A stretch of 64,000 nt of DNA from Candidatus Bathyarchaeota archaeon. GTDB taxonomy: Archaea > Thermoproteota > Bathyarchaeia > Bathyarchaeales > Bathycorpusculaceae. The stretch lies in contig CAWDYC010000011.1 in the NCBI GenBank assembly GCA_963806535.1, positions 1 to 64,000 on the forward strand. The letters are read 5' to 3'. The notes beneath the pieces were generated by a model. That model searched no databases, was not told the origin of the DNA, and worked only from the letters and a program-made list of their open reading frames with translations. Below, in pieces: positions 55,319 through 64,000 of the stretch (position 1 is its first letter; each line of letters begins with the position of its first letter). Both the position numbers and the translations under genes were made by a program.

Positions 55319-56219
55319 GTGTCAAGCGCTGAAGTAGCAGTTAAAGTGTTTCGGGAAATAGAAGGAGAAGATTTCAGGGTACTCAATATTATCGAGTCTG
55401 CAATGAGCAAACGCGAATATGTTCCTATAGAACAAATACAAAAATACGCTAAACTGCCCATGGATCGCATTCAATTTACTTTAAGCAAACTACACAAACT
55501 CGGCTTAATTTACCGAACAAAAGGCGCATATGTGGGATACACCTTAAACTATGCAGGATACGATTGCCTAGCAATAAATACTCTTAGTTAAAGCTGGAGT
55601 TATCGATTCTTTTGGGCAAATTCTTGGTGTCGGCAAAGAAGCAGACGTTTACGACGCATTAAACGCTGAGGGCAAACGCATTGCGGTTAAATTTCATAGG
55701 CTAGGCAGAATAAGCTTTAGGCAAACCAGAAGAAAAAGAGGTTACGCTCGAGAACACTCTACTTGGCTGTTTCAATCACATATTGCAGCAGAGAGAGAAT
55801 TTCAAGCAATGCAGCTTGTTTATAAAAACGGCGTTTCAGTTCCAGAACCCATAAGCCACAATAGGCATGTAATAGCTATGGGAATGATTGAAGGTGCCGA
55901 ACTGTCAAAGTACAGTGAAATAGGGAAACCTGAAAAAATCATGAAAGAAATCCTGCGTAACGTAAGGAAAGCTTACTTGAAAGCTCACGTTATACACTCA
56001 GACCTGAGTGAATACAACGTTATTTTGAGACCTGATGGGCATATCCTCATCATTGATTGGCCTCAATATGTGATGACTGATCATGCAAACGCAGAGGAAC
56101 TGCTTGAGCGAGACATAAAGAACATTACGACATTTTTCAGCCGCAGGTTTAACTTAAAAGTAGCGATTAAGGAAGCCTGCGATTATGTGACTGGAAAGGT
56201 TAGAAATTTAGTTATTTAA
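55319..56219 (+). CDS. rio2: RIO2-type Ser/Thr kinase; frameshift near 55585
   Basis: N-terminal wHTH, GYDCLA, GVGKEADVY, VKFHRLGR, IHSDLSEYNV, IIDWPQ. Confidence 0.92.
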
Positions 56220-56461
56220 TGTTTGTTTGCGTCAAGCACTATGTAGAGAATGTTGTTTCCGCGGAGCAGTACGTTGCCGTAGTTTGTCATTAATTGGTCG
56301 TCTTTTAATTCGTTGGCTCCTTCAAGAAGAATATTCATGTGTCCGTCGCACTTGATCATTTTTCCTTTATATTCGTAACCGTTTTTTAAAACAACTTCAA
56401 TATTTCCGTGCAACTGTTTTATGAGAACGTTTAACGGTTTTTTACTTGGTTCCATCATCAT
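56216..56461 (-). CDS. Sm-like archaeal protein (SmAP/LSm)
   Basis: YKGKMIKCDGHMNILL (Sm1), LLRGNNI (Sm2). Confidence 0.92.
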   Translation of the reverse strand: MMMEPSKKPLNVLIKQLHGNIEVVLKNGYEYKGKMIKCDGHMNILLEGANELKDDQLMTNYGNVLLRGNNILYIVLDANKH

Positions 56462-56696
56462 ATCTTATTACCGCGTCTAGTATATTGCTGTATTATCCAT
56501 GAACGCCTCACCAAATATAAAAGCATTATGAAAGACTTGCTTGCAAGAAAGTTGAATCAAGAATGGGATTTTGTTTTGAAGCGAACAAAAAAGCAAAATA
56601 TATATTAAATTTTTAAAACGGGAAAATAGTATTTTCAAGTCCAAATCAAGAGAAGAAAAAATAGGCTTTTTAAGTTGAAGTTTCAGTAATTGATTC

Positions 56697-56948
56697 TCAT
56701 ATTTTGGCTATTATCGATACGAGTGCCACAACGAGGAAAGCTATTCCGGTCCATAACAGGTCGCCTGTGAGGAAATACACTATGGCGGCAACAATGATTG
56801 CGGGGATCAGAACCAAGAACAGCTTTATCAGAACTATTATTATCAGACCGATTATGACAAGTATGATGAGTAAAGGTATGTCCAGCGAACCGAGATGTAA
56901 GCTGCTGAGAATGGAATAGATTATTGCTAAAAACATTGCAGAATTCAT
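56697..56948 (-). CDS. Small hydrophobic membrane protein
   Basis: Nearly all-hydrophobic ORF with 2-3 TM helices. Confidence 0.6.
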   Translation of the reverse strand: MNSAMFLAIIYSILSSLHLGSLDIPLLIILVIIGLIIIVLIKLFLVLIPAIIVAAIVYFLTGDLLWTGIAFLVVALVSIIAKI

Positions 56949-57017
56949 GAGTTAACCTCAAGAAAAGTGTGTAGCAACCAAGTAATATTCTTTTTCTTTG
57001 GAGCCTGTTGCGTTAGC

Positions 57018-57533
57018 TCAGGTTTTCATTTTTGATTTGATTTTGGGGATGATTTCTTTCTGGGTTTGAGCAACACCCATGGTTGTTATGCAAAACTTTT
57101 CGTCAGAGGTTTTTCTGAACCAACCCGTTTTTTGTTAGTTCCCCTAAACGTGTGCCAGTTATTTTGCTGCTTTTTCCAAGTTTCAATTGCAACTCATCCT
57201 TTGATAAAAGCGTCGCTGACTATTATGCCGAGTTTATACCCAAGATAATAGGTGGTCAGCCAAAGCGACAAGGCTTCATTGTCAGTTAATTTGTTTTTAG
57301 GCACGAGCAAACTTGCGCCGTCACTTGAAAAAACCGCTATTCCCTCTATGTCTTTAGCAAGCTGCTGAACGTCAATGCTGAGCCAAAGTTTCTGGGCAAT
57401 TTCAAAAGAAGGAATAAAATCTTTGAAAAACTGGTTAATCAGAAGCCCATGCTTCTTGAGGTTCGGCGGAAAACTGCTGTTCAAGCTCTTTATATTTGAG
57501 GTGGACTTGAATTTTTTCTTGTTTTTCACTCAA
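57018..57533 (-). CDS. wHTH-domain protein, paralog of the upstream gene; two frameshifts
   Basis: Joined frames give MSEKQEKIQVHLKYKELEQQF..LTDNEALSLWL..LGKSSKITGTRLGELTKNGLVQK..FCITTMG. Confidence 0.7.
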
Positions 57534-58000
57534 CTCATTTTGCCTCTAAGCTTGGTGAGCACTTCATCTTCAACCCATTTCTCACCTTGAATTGTAAGCT
57601 TAAACTCCGGCTTGCTTGGATCAGGTTTGAACACTTGTCCCCGTTTAGTCATCTCATTTAGTCGAGCAGGAACCATGCTTTTTATTCCACTGTTTTCAAG
57701 CAGTTTCTGAATTTGTGATGCAGTGTTTTTTCGTTCTTCAGAAGCGTAAAGAACCAAGCCTACTGCTTCGTAATGCGTTAAATTTTCACGTGTAACAATA
57801 ACTGGACCTTCGGTTGTAGGTTCAACGATACCCTTTAACTGAGCTCCTGACGGCGTTAGCTTATCTGAGACAAAATCAGATAGTTTCTCAACAAAATTTT
57901 CAGGAATCATCCCAAGCATGTCAAGAATTTCTTGGGGATTTTCGCCTTCTATAACCACTTCTCCGAAAGGAGTTTTAATATGTGCTTCAATGCGTTTCAA
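57530..58000 (-). CDS. wHTH-domain protein
   Basis: LTHYEAVGLVLYA..VPARLNEMTKRGQV..FKLTIQGEKWV. Confidence 0.78.
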   Translation of the reverse strand: MKRIEAHIKTPFGEVVIEGENPQEILDMLGMIPENFVEKLSDFVSDKLTPSGAQLKGIVEPTTEGPVIVTRENLTHYEAVGLVLYASEERKNTASQIQKLLENSGIKSMVPARLNEMTKRGQVFKPDPSKPEFKLTIQGEKWVEDEVLTKLRGKMS

Positions 58001-58103
58001 TAAGTATGCCTCGTTTAACTATAAGCTATGTTAAGCCTTTTTAGGATTTGCGGCTAAAACAAATAGGAGAGTTGATGTGACAGTTGTCTGGTTTTTTTCT
58101 TCG

Positions 58104-58281
58104 ACCCCTATATAGAGGGGGTATCATGGGTGAACATGCTTTCATGATCCGGGGTCTCTAATTTTCAATGAAATTCAATTGATAATTGATTTTTCTCATT
58201 AACAAATCTCAAGGCTTCAACATATGTCAACATACTTTCATGAACTGGGGGGCTACTCATGTAGTGTTTTCAATGAAAATT
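58104..58281. promoter_or_regulatory. Bipartite direct repeat and inverted repeat in the gatE-wHTH intergenic region
   Basis: AACATRCTTTCATGAWCYGGGG at 58133 and 58229, each followed by TTTTCAATGAAA (58162, 58267); ACCCC-TATATAGAG-GGGGT at 58104-58122. Confidence 0.5.
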
Positions 58282-58354
58282 GTTTAATCTAGATTATCAT
58301 TTGCTACTCCTATAGACTTCTATTGCTCAGAGCTGTTTTTGAAAGAGAATTGAC

Positions 58355-60250
58355 TTATTTGAGTCGTTCTTGCAGAAGTTTTGCAACTAATTCAGGATTA
58401 GCTTTTCCCCTCACTTCCTTCATTACGGCACCCATAAGCATTCCATATGCGTTTTTGCCTAACTTTTCAATCTGTTGCTTGTTAGCGGCAATTACACGCT
58501 CAATAATAGGCGTTAAATCGTTTTCAGTAAACATTTTCAAACCCAAAGCATTTACGGCATCTTGCACAATTTTTCCTTCGTTCTTGGATAGCCAACTGAA
58601 AACTTCTGCTATCGCTTCTTTAGCGAGTTCTCCTGAGCCGACTGCTTTGAAGATACTTCTAATTTGGTCTTCGCTAACATTTTCGATTTGGATGCCTTCG
58701 CGTTTCAGTGCTTTCACAGTTTCAGTTAAAAACGCTGCTACGATAGAAGCTTGTACGTCAGTGTGCTTCACAATTTCTTCAAAGAGAAGGTTATATTCTG
58801 AATCTGGAAGTTGCTTAGCTAACTTCTCATTCAGTCCGTACTGCTTAATCAATCGTGCAACTTTTTTTTCGGCAGGTTCAGGTAAATTGCATCGAATTTT
58901 TTCTGCAAATTCATCTGTTATTGGTGTTGGTGGAATGTCAGTTTCAGGGTACATTCTGGCTGCCCCTGGTCTTGGGCGCATGTACCTCGTTGTGCCATCA
59001 TCTTTTGCAGTGCGTGTTTCAGCCGGGATACCCGTTATTGTTTCTTGTGCACGCTCTACTACGGCTTTAAGGGCGTCGAAAACATTTTCAGTTGTGTCAG
59101 CAACAAATACAACCGCGTCATCTTCGGCTGCATTAACTGCTTTTCTTAAAGCATCGATTTCCTCGGGAGTTATGCCGTAATTTGGCATTTCATCTGTGTG
59201 GAATATTCCTCCGACTCTGCCCCAGAACTTTGCTCTATCCGAAAGTTCAGTTCCAACACGGAAATCAGGCATAAGCTCACGCTTTAATAGCCCACAAAAC
59301 TTTGACAATTTGACGGCCAAAACCTTCTGGTTTTTGTCCAATGCTTTGCGGATAACTTTACTTTTTGTTTCCTTAAAAATGCTTGAAACCTCTACGAAAT
59401 CTTGCTTGAGGTCTTCGACCTTGACACCACGTTTCGCAAGTTCCTCTTTGACGCTGATTAACCCAAGTTGCCTCTGTACCTCGTATTCAACGACCTTAGA
59501 AATCAACTCAAGCTCCTGAACACCTTTAATTTCAATTAACGCGCCATTTGGCAAAGACACGTTCAAATCCTGTCTTATTGTGCCTAAACCACGCATCACT
59601 TTGCCTGTGTCACGTAGAATTCTGCCTATAGCAAAGGCAACCTCTTGAGCTTCCATTGGCGAGTAGATTACTGGCGCAGTTGCAACTTCAATTAGCGGTA
59701 TTCCCAAACGGTCAATGCGGTAGCGAATTGTTTTGCCCGCGTCTTGTGTTCCCGTCTTCCGCGCTGCATCCTCTTCTAAACTTGCTGCTTGCATAGGAAT
59801 GGTTTTTCCTCCAACCTTAATCCAACCGTCCAATGCGATAATGCATGTGCGCTGGAAGCCAGTGGTGTTCGAGCCATCAATCACGGTTTTGCGCATTACA
59901 TGAACTTCATCAACAGGCTGCATATTCATCATTAAGGAAGCTGTTAAAACCACTTCTACAGCATCGAAGTTTATGGGATGCGGTGGCTCTTCATCCATCT
60001 CAACAAGACAAGAACTTGCCTTGTTAGCTTCATATAGGATTCTTACACCTTTTTGGAATTCAAAATACGCGGCTGGATCAACTTGGCCAAGCTCACTCTG
60101 AGTTGGGCGAAGTCTGCGCAGAAAAGTGATTTCTGGTTCTTCTTTAAAGAGTTCAGGTGGGCAACTGCAGAAGAGTTTTGAATTAACGTTTAGCTGTTGG
60201 TGGATTTCTAAGCCGACTTTTAAACCTATTTTTGCGTAATCAATTGCCAC
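58355..60250 (-). CDS. gatE: Glu-tRNA(Gln) amidotransferase subunit E
   Basis: GLKVGLEIHQQL, DGSNTTGFQRT, RPRPGAARMYPETD; GTG start 60250 after GGAGGAG. Confidence 0.98.
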   Translation of the reverse strand: MAIDYAKIGLKVGLEIHQQLNVNSKLFCSCPPELFKEEPEITFLRRLRPTQSELGQVDPAAYFEFQKGVRILYEANKASSCLVEMDEEPPHPINFDAVEVVLTASLMMNMQPVDEVHVMRKTVIDGSNTTGFQRTCIIALDGWIKVGGKTIPMQAASLEEDAARKTGTQDAGKTIRYRIDRLGIPLIEVATAPVIYSPMEAQEVAFAIGRILRDTGKVMRGLGTIRQDLNVSLPNGALIEIKGVQELELISKVVEYEVQRQLGLISVKEELAKRGVKVEDLKQDFVEVSSIFKETKSKVIRKALDKNQKVLAVKLSKFCGLLKRELMPDFRVGTELSDRAKFWGRVGGIFHTDEMPNYGITPEEIDALRKAVNAAEDDAVVFVADTTENVFDALKAVVERAQETITGIPAETRTAKDDGTTRYMRPRPGAARMYPETDIPPTPITDEFAEKIRCNLPEPAEKKVARLIKQYGLNEKLAKQLPDSEYNLLFEEIVKHTDVQASIVAAFLTETVKALKREGIQIENVSEDQIRSIFKAVGSGELAKEAIAEVFSWLSKNEGKIVQDAVNALGLKMFTENDLTPIIERVIAANKQQIEKLGKNAYGMLMGAVMKEVRGKANPELVAKLLQERLK

Positions 60251-61598
60251 TTTTTTCTCCTCCTTCAAAAATGCGTTCTTGCGGTAATGTTCTCGGCGAG
60301 AATTCACCTGCTATATTAGTTTTGAAGAGTTTGGTTGCTTCTTGGATGTTGTTGGTTTGTCCGAGAACCCACATGAGTTTAACAAGGGCTGTTTCAGGGA
60401 ACATGTCCTCGGAAGGGATTACACCAAAGGATAAAAGGTCTCTGCCCGTATCATACACGTTCATGTTTACTCTTCCCCAAATACACTGAGACGCCAGAGC
60501 AACCATAACATCTTTCTCCACGGCTTTTTTGATACTGTCAAAGCAGAATTTGCTTACATGGCCCAGACCTGAGCCCTCAAGCAGGATACCCTTAACGCCT
60601 TGGTTGACATACCAATCAATTATGGCTGGGTCAAAGCCTGGATAGAATTTGATTAAGGCAACTTTTTCGCTAAAATTAGGTTTGAGGACCACTTTTTTTG
60701 ATGGATCGCGTTTCTGATATTTATTGGTTAGCATAGTTACTTGGTTGTCTTTTACTTTGGCGATTGGGAACCCGTTTATTGATTTGAATGTGTCTCGTCG
60801 GCTGGTGTGGCATTTGCGCACTTTTGTTCCTCTGTGAACAACTATGGCAATGTCTGAGATAGTTTCATGCATTGCTAAGCCGACTTCAGCGAATGGTCCT
60901 TCTCCAGCCGCTTTAACTGCGCCAATAAGGTTGGTTGCTGCGTCGCTGCTGGGGCGATCACTGGAACGTTGAGCGCCGACCACTACTACAGGAACAGGCA
61001 GATTTTGCAGTGCAAAGCTTAGTGCTGCTGATGTATAAGCCATTGTATCTGTGCCATGAGCAATAACCACTCCGTCCACTCCGGCTTCAATTCGCTTGGC
61101 TACTGTTTCTGCAAGTTCTTTCCAATGTTTCTGAGTAATATTTTCGCTGTATAAGCTGAAAACGATTTCAGTATCAACTTTGGCGACGTCTGAAAGTTCA
61201 GGGACGACACCGTATAGGTCGCTTGCAGAAATTGCAGAGCGGACGGCTCCTGTGCGGTAGTCAACTCGACTAGCGATTGTTCCTCCAGTGCTCATTATTA
61301 CGACATGGGGTAAGGTAGGATTCTGTTTTGGTAGAGGCGGAGATGCAAAGGCGGGTTTTGCGCCTTTTCCCACTTTTTCAATTTTGACTTCTGCTGTTAC
61401 ACGGATGCCGATGTTGTAGCCACTTTTCATTTTAACGATAACAACTGTGCCATCGCCTAGTTCTGAGCGGGGAATAAGGATGCCTTCGTAGGTTTTTCCT
61501 TTGCTGGTGACTCGAATAATATCTCCAACATCGCAATCGGCTTTTTTAAGGGCTTCAACAGCTGCGCCCTTGTAATTTGAGTTTTCAAGTTGACTCAT
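60240..61598 (-). CDS. gatD: Glu-tRNA(Gln) amidotransferase subunit D
   Basis: STGGTIASRVDY, HGTDTMAY, GAQRSSDRPSSD. Confidence 0.98.
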   Translation of the reverse strand: MSQLENSNYKGAAVEALKKADCDVGDIIRVTSKGKTYEGILIPRSELGDGTVVIVKMKSGYNIGIRVTAEVKIEKVGKGAKPAFASPPLPKQNPTLPHVVIMSTGGTIASRVDYRTGAVRSAISASDLYGVVPELSDVAKVDTEIVFSLYSENITQKHWKELAETVAKRIEAGVDGVVIAHGTDTMAYTSAALSFALQNLPVPVVVVGAQRSSDRPSSDAATNLIGAVKAAGEGPFAEVGLAMHETISDIAIVVHRGTKVRKCHTSRRDTFKSINGFPIAKVKDNQVTMLTNKYQKRDPSKKVVLKPNFSEKVALIKFYPGFDPAIIDWYVNQGVKGILLEGSGLGHVSKFCFDSIKKAVEKDVMVALASQCIWGRVNMNVYDTGRDLLSFGVIPSEDMFPETALVKLMWVLGQTNNIQEATKLFKTNIAGEFSPRTLPQERIFEGGEKSGN

Positions 61599-61600
61599 GC

Positions 61601-63195
61601 CTATTTCTCCAGTTTTTTGGAAACGTAAACTCCATCGTGTTCATACCCGAAACGCATGTAATACCTTCTTGTTCCTAACGCACTGATAACTAAAAGCTTT
61701 TTCAAACCAAAATCGTCTCGAGCAACGCGTTCGGCTTCCTTTAGCAAGTCTGCGCCAAAACCCTTATGTTGCCAAGCGCCCGCCGAATGCTTTCCGACAG
61801 GAACAAGTGGACCATAAACATGAAGCTCTCTCACAATCGCTGAAGGTACAGCAGTTATTTCTGGTCTATGAGCTTTTGCTGAAGGAACACGCAAACGCAA
61901 ATACCCAAGCAAGACTTGGTTGACGCGGTCTTCAGCTGAAATGAAAATTTCTTTGCCTTCAGAAGCATCATAACAAATTGATTGGATTTCGACTTTTTCT
62001 AAATCGGGCTTTACATGGTCAATTTGCATTCTATGCCCAACTTCTCTGCATCGGATGCAATTGCATTTTTCTCCTTGCGCTTGAAGGTGGTCGTTGGCAA
62101 GTTGACGTAAGTTGCTTTTTTTAACTCCGGCCAAAATGAGATGCGATGGAATGTCACGTTGAACTCGCATCACTCTTACCCAGGGCGGGATAAACTTTTT
62201 TATTTCCGCTATAACTTCGGAGGCTTGCTCAGTCGTGTAAGGCGTGTAGGTGCCTTTTTGGTACCATTCATTTGCTTTTGTGCCAGCTATGCAAAGGCAA
62301 GGATAAATTTTTATCATATCAGGTTTGAAAGCTGAATCCGTGAAAACCTGTTTGAACGCCTCTATGTCTTTTTTTGTATTTGAACCAGGCATTCCAGGCA
62401 TTAAGTGGTAAACTATTTTTAATCCTGAATCCTTGGCGATTCGTGTTGCTTCTTGCACATCGGCTACGGTATGTGTTCTTCCGACTAAACGGTAGATTTC
62501 GTCGTCTGGGTTTTGGACGCCGAGTTCAATCCGGGTAACTCCCATGTCGAGCATAGAGTCGATGTGGGGTTGTTTTGCCCAGTCTGGGCGCGTCTCAACA
62601 GTGATGCCGACGTTACGGGTTTTACTCATTTCAGCATTCGCTTTGCTTCTTCTAAACTCTGTGAATTCTTGTCGGTAATCGCGTCTAGGCAGCGTTGGAT
62701 AAACCATTTTTGATATTCGACAGGTGTTGCGGGAAAAGTGCCGCCCATAATAATTAGCTCTACCTTGTCTACTTTGTGCCCGATAGCAGTTAGTTGTTCG
62801 ATGCGGCTCTTAACTTGCAGATATGGGTCAAAGTTGTTTTGGCTTCCACGCATCGCTGCTGGTTCATGCCCAGTGTAACTTTGTGGGCTTCCCTGTGTGG
62901 GTCCTCCTGGACAGTAAGCGCATGGTTCAGGTTGAGGGCACGGGTAAGGTTTAGTCATCGTGGCAATAACCGTTACACCCGAAATGGTGCGGGTTGTTTT
63001 TCTTCGAAGGATAGGCAGAAGCCGTTTAGTTTCTTTTGGCGTTAAAAGACATATCAAATCTGCGTTTGACGGTATATCCTCTAGCTGGTATTTGCCCGTT
63101 GTTTTAATTTTGAGTCGATTAGCGTCTTCGCGTGTGGGATTAGGCATTTCCATAAGAGTCGTAATGATTTCTCTTAGAGCTTTTTTATCCGTCAA
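61601..63195 (-). CDS. elp3: Elp3 tRNA uridine(34) acetyltransferase (radical SAM plus KAT); frameshift near 62640
   Basis: CPQPEPCAYCPGG, MGGTF, ETRPD, RELHVYG, QHKGFG. Confidence 0.95.
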
Positions 63196-63292
63196 ATTGA
63201 AGATACCAAAATAAGGTCTAGTTAAGTGATAAATAAACTAAACTAACTTTGAAGAGAATTTGTGGCTTGAAAAACAAGTTTTGCCTAGGCGC

Positions 63293-63455
63293 TTACATCC
63301 AGTTTTGCCCGGCTTTTCTCTGCAGAATCACGCGTTTTTCATAGTTGCGTCTGGTTCTGGCTTTTTGGGCTTGGCGCTGTTTTAGGCGTCGCCTGGATCT
63401 TCGGCGTTTGAGACCTTACTTTTCCAGCTTTAGATAAACTACCGTGAGTTGGCAT
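63293..63455 (-). CDS. rps30e: 30S ribosomal protein S30e; one extra base in an A-run
   Basis: MPTHGSLSKAGKVRSQTPKIQATPK..RRNYEKRVILQRKAGQNWM; 163 nt, not in the ORF track. Confidence 0.93.
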
Positions 63456-63562
63456 TTAAATTACCTTGCACATAAAGCATAATTGTCCCACTTAAATCTT
63501 TACCCATTACGAGAAATGTTTTGACAGGTTTTTTGAAAGCTTTGATTAGACTGATAAGGTAG

Positions 63563-63730
63563 ATTGTTGACGGTTTTTTTGTGCAAATTTTTTTGTTTGT
63601 GTTTTAGGTTGCTTTTTTGGATTTAGGCTTTGAAGTGTTTGCAGGTTGAGTCAAAAAAAGTCAAGAAAAGTTAAAATAAGTCGAGAAAAGTCAAATAAAG
63701 TCAAAATAAGTTAAAAGAAAGTGAAAAATA
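63563..63730 (+). repeat. Dispersed element copy H with 8 phased AAGTYA repeats, upstream of AbrB-like gene
   Basis: TTGTTGACGGTTTTTT start, junction TTTGCAGGTTGAGTC at 63638-63652, GT every 10 bp from 63650 to 63710 plus one at 63721; ATG at 63733. Confidence 0.95.
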
Positions 63731-63732
63731 TT

Positions 63733-64000
63733 ATGCCTCTAACTGGAAGAGTATCATTCAAAAGGCCCCTTGAAGTATGCAACAAAGTTCAGGTTCCAAA
63801 AATTATTCGGTGGGAGTTCAAGTTGGAACCAGATCAAGTTTTTCGTGTTAGCGTAAGCGGGTTAGGTGGAGGCTGCGAGTTTTTCTATGCAAGAATGGGC
63901 AAGGACGGACGGATATTTATTCCAAAGGCAGTGTTATTCGCAGCGCATGGAAAGACAGAAAATCTAGCAGGGTGCCTCGTGGAAATTTCACTTGAACCAG
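63733..64000 (+). CDS. Tandem AbrB/SpoVT-like (swapped-hairpin, MraZ-like) DNA-binding protein; runs off the window end
   Basis: MPLTGRVSFKRPLEVCNKVQVPKIIRWEFKLEPDQVFRVSV..FYARMGKDGRIFIPKAVL..LAGCLVEISLEP; two AbrB-like repeats (KVQVPK..V.V and DGRIFIPK..VEI). Confidence 0.72.
   Translation, partial: MPLTGRVSFKRPLEVCNKVQVPKIIRWEFKLEPDQVFRVSVSGLGGGCEFFYARMGKDGRIFIPKAVLFAAHGKTENLAGCLVEISLEP

Noticed and set aside
58323-59180. 285-aa + strand ORF
   Set aside because: Antisense shadow of gatE with no domain features.
1-64000. Widespread frameshifts as programmed frameshifting, phase variation or genome decay
   Set aside because: Single-base indels also hit essential or highly conserved genes (rps30e, rio2, elp3) whose motifs are otherwise intact, which points to sequencing or assembly error.

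Overview
Archaeal chromosomal window, most consistent with Bathyarchaeia (TACK). This is inferred from gatD/gatE, eS30, Elp3, Rio2, SmAP, TFB, a TackOD1-like protein and PEF-CTERM proteins. Single-base indels split many genes, including essential ones (eS30, Rio2, Elp3), so most frameshifts are probably assembly errors. The left about 46 kb is an accessory cell-surface region. It holds a class III nucleotide cyclase, several large Ig/beta-repeat surface proteins, a TasA-like/DUF1616/3xGNAT cluster and a divergent TFB. It also holds a type IV pilus locus with a major pilin, two paralogous cassettes of minor pilin plus giant pilin-adhesin, an ATPase, two TadB/C-type proteins and a TackOD1-like protein. 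The right about 18 kb is mostly housekeeping. The most striking unexplained signal is a dispersed, co-oriented non-coding element present in 7 clear copies. Each copy has a T-tract left arm, a conserved TTTGCAGGTTGCGTC junction and usually 8 direct repeats with a 10-bp period. The most complete copy lies directly upstream of a tandem AbrB/SpoVT-like gene, an MraZ-like layout. The other copies are orphans with different or recombined array types. A candidate structured ncRNA lies at 52831-52950.
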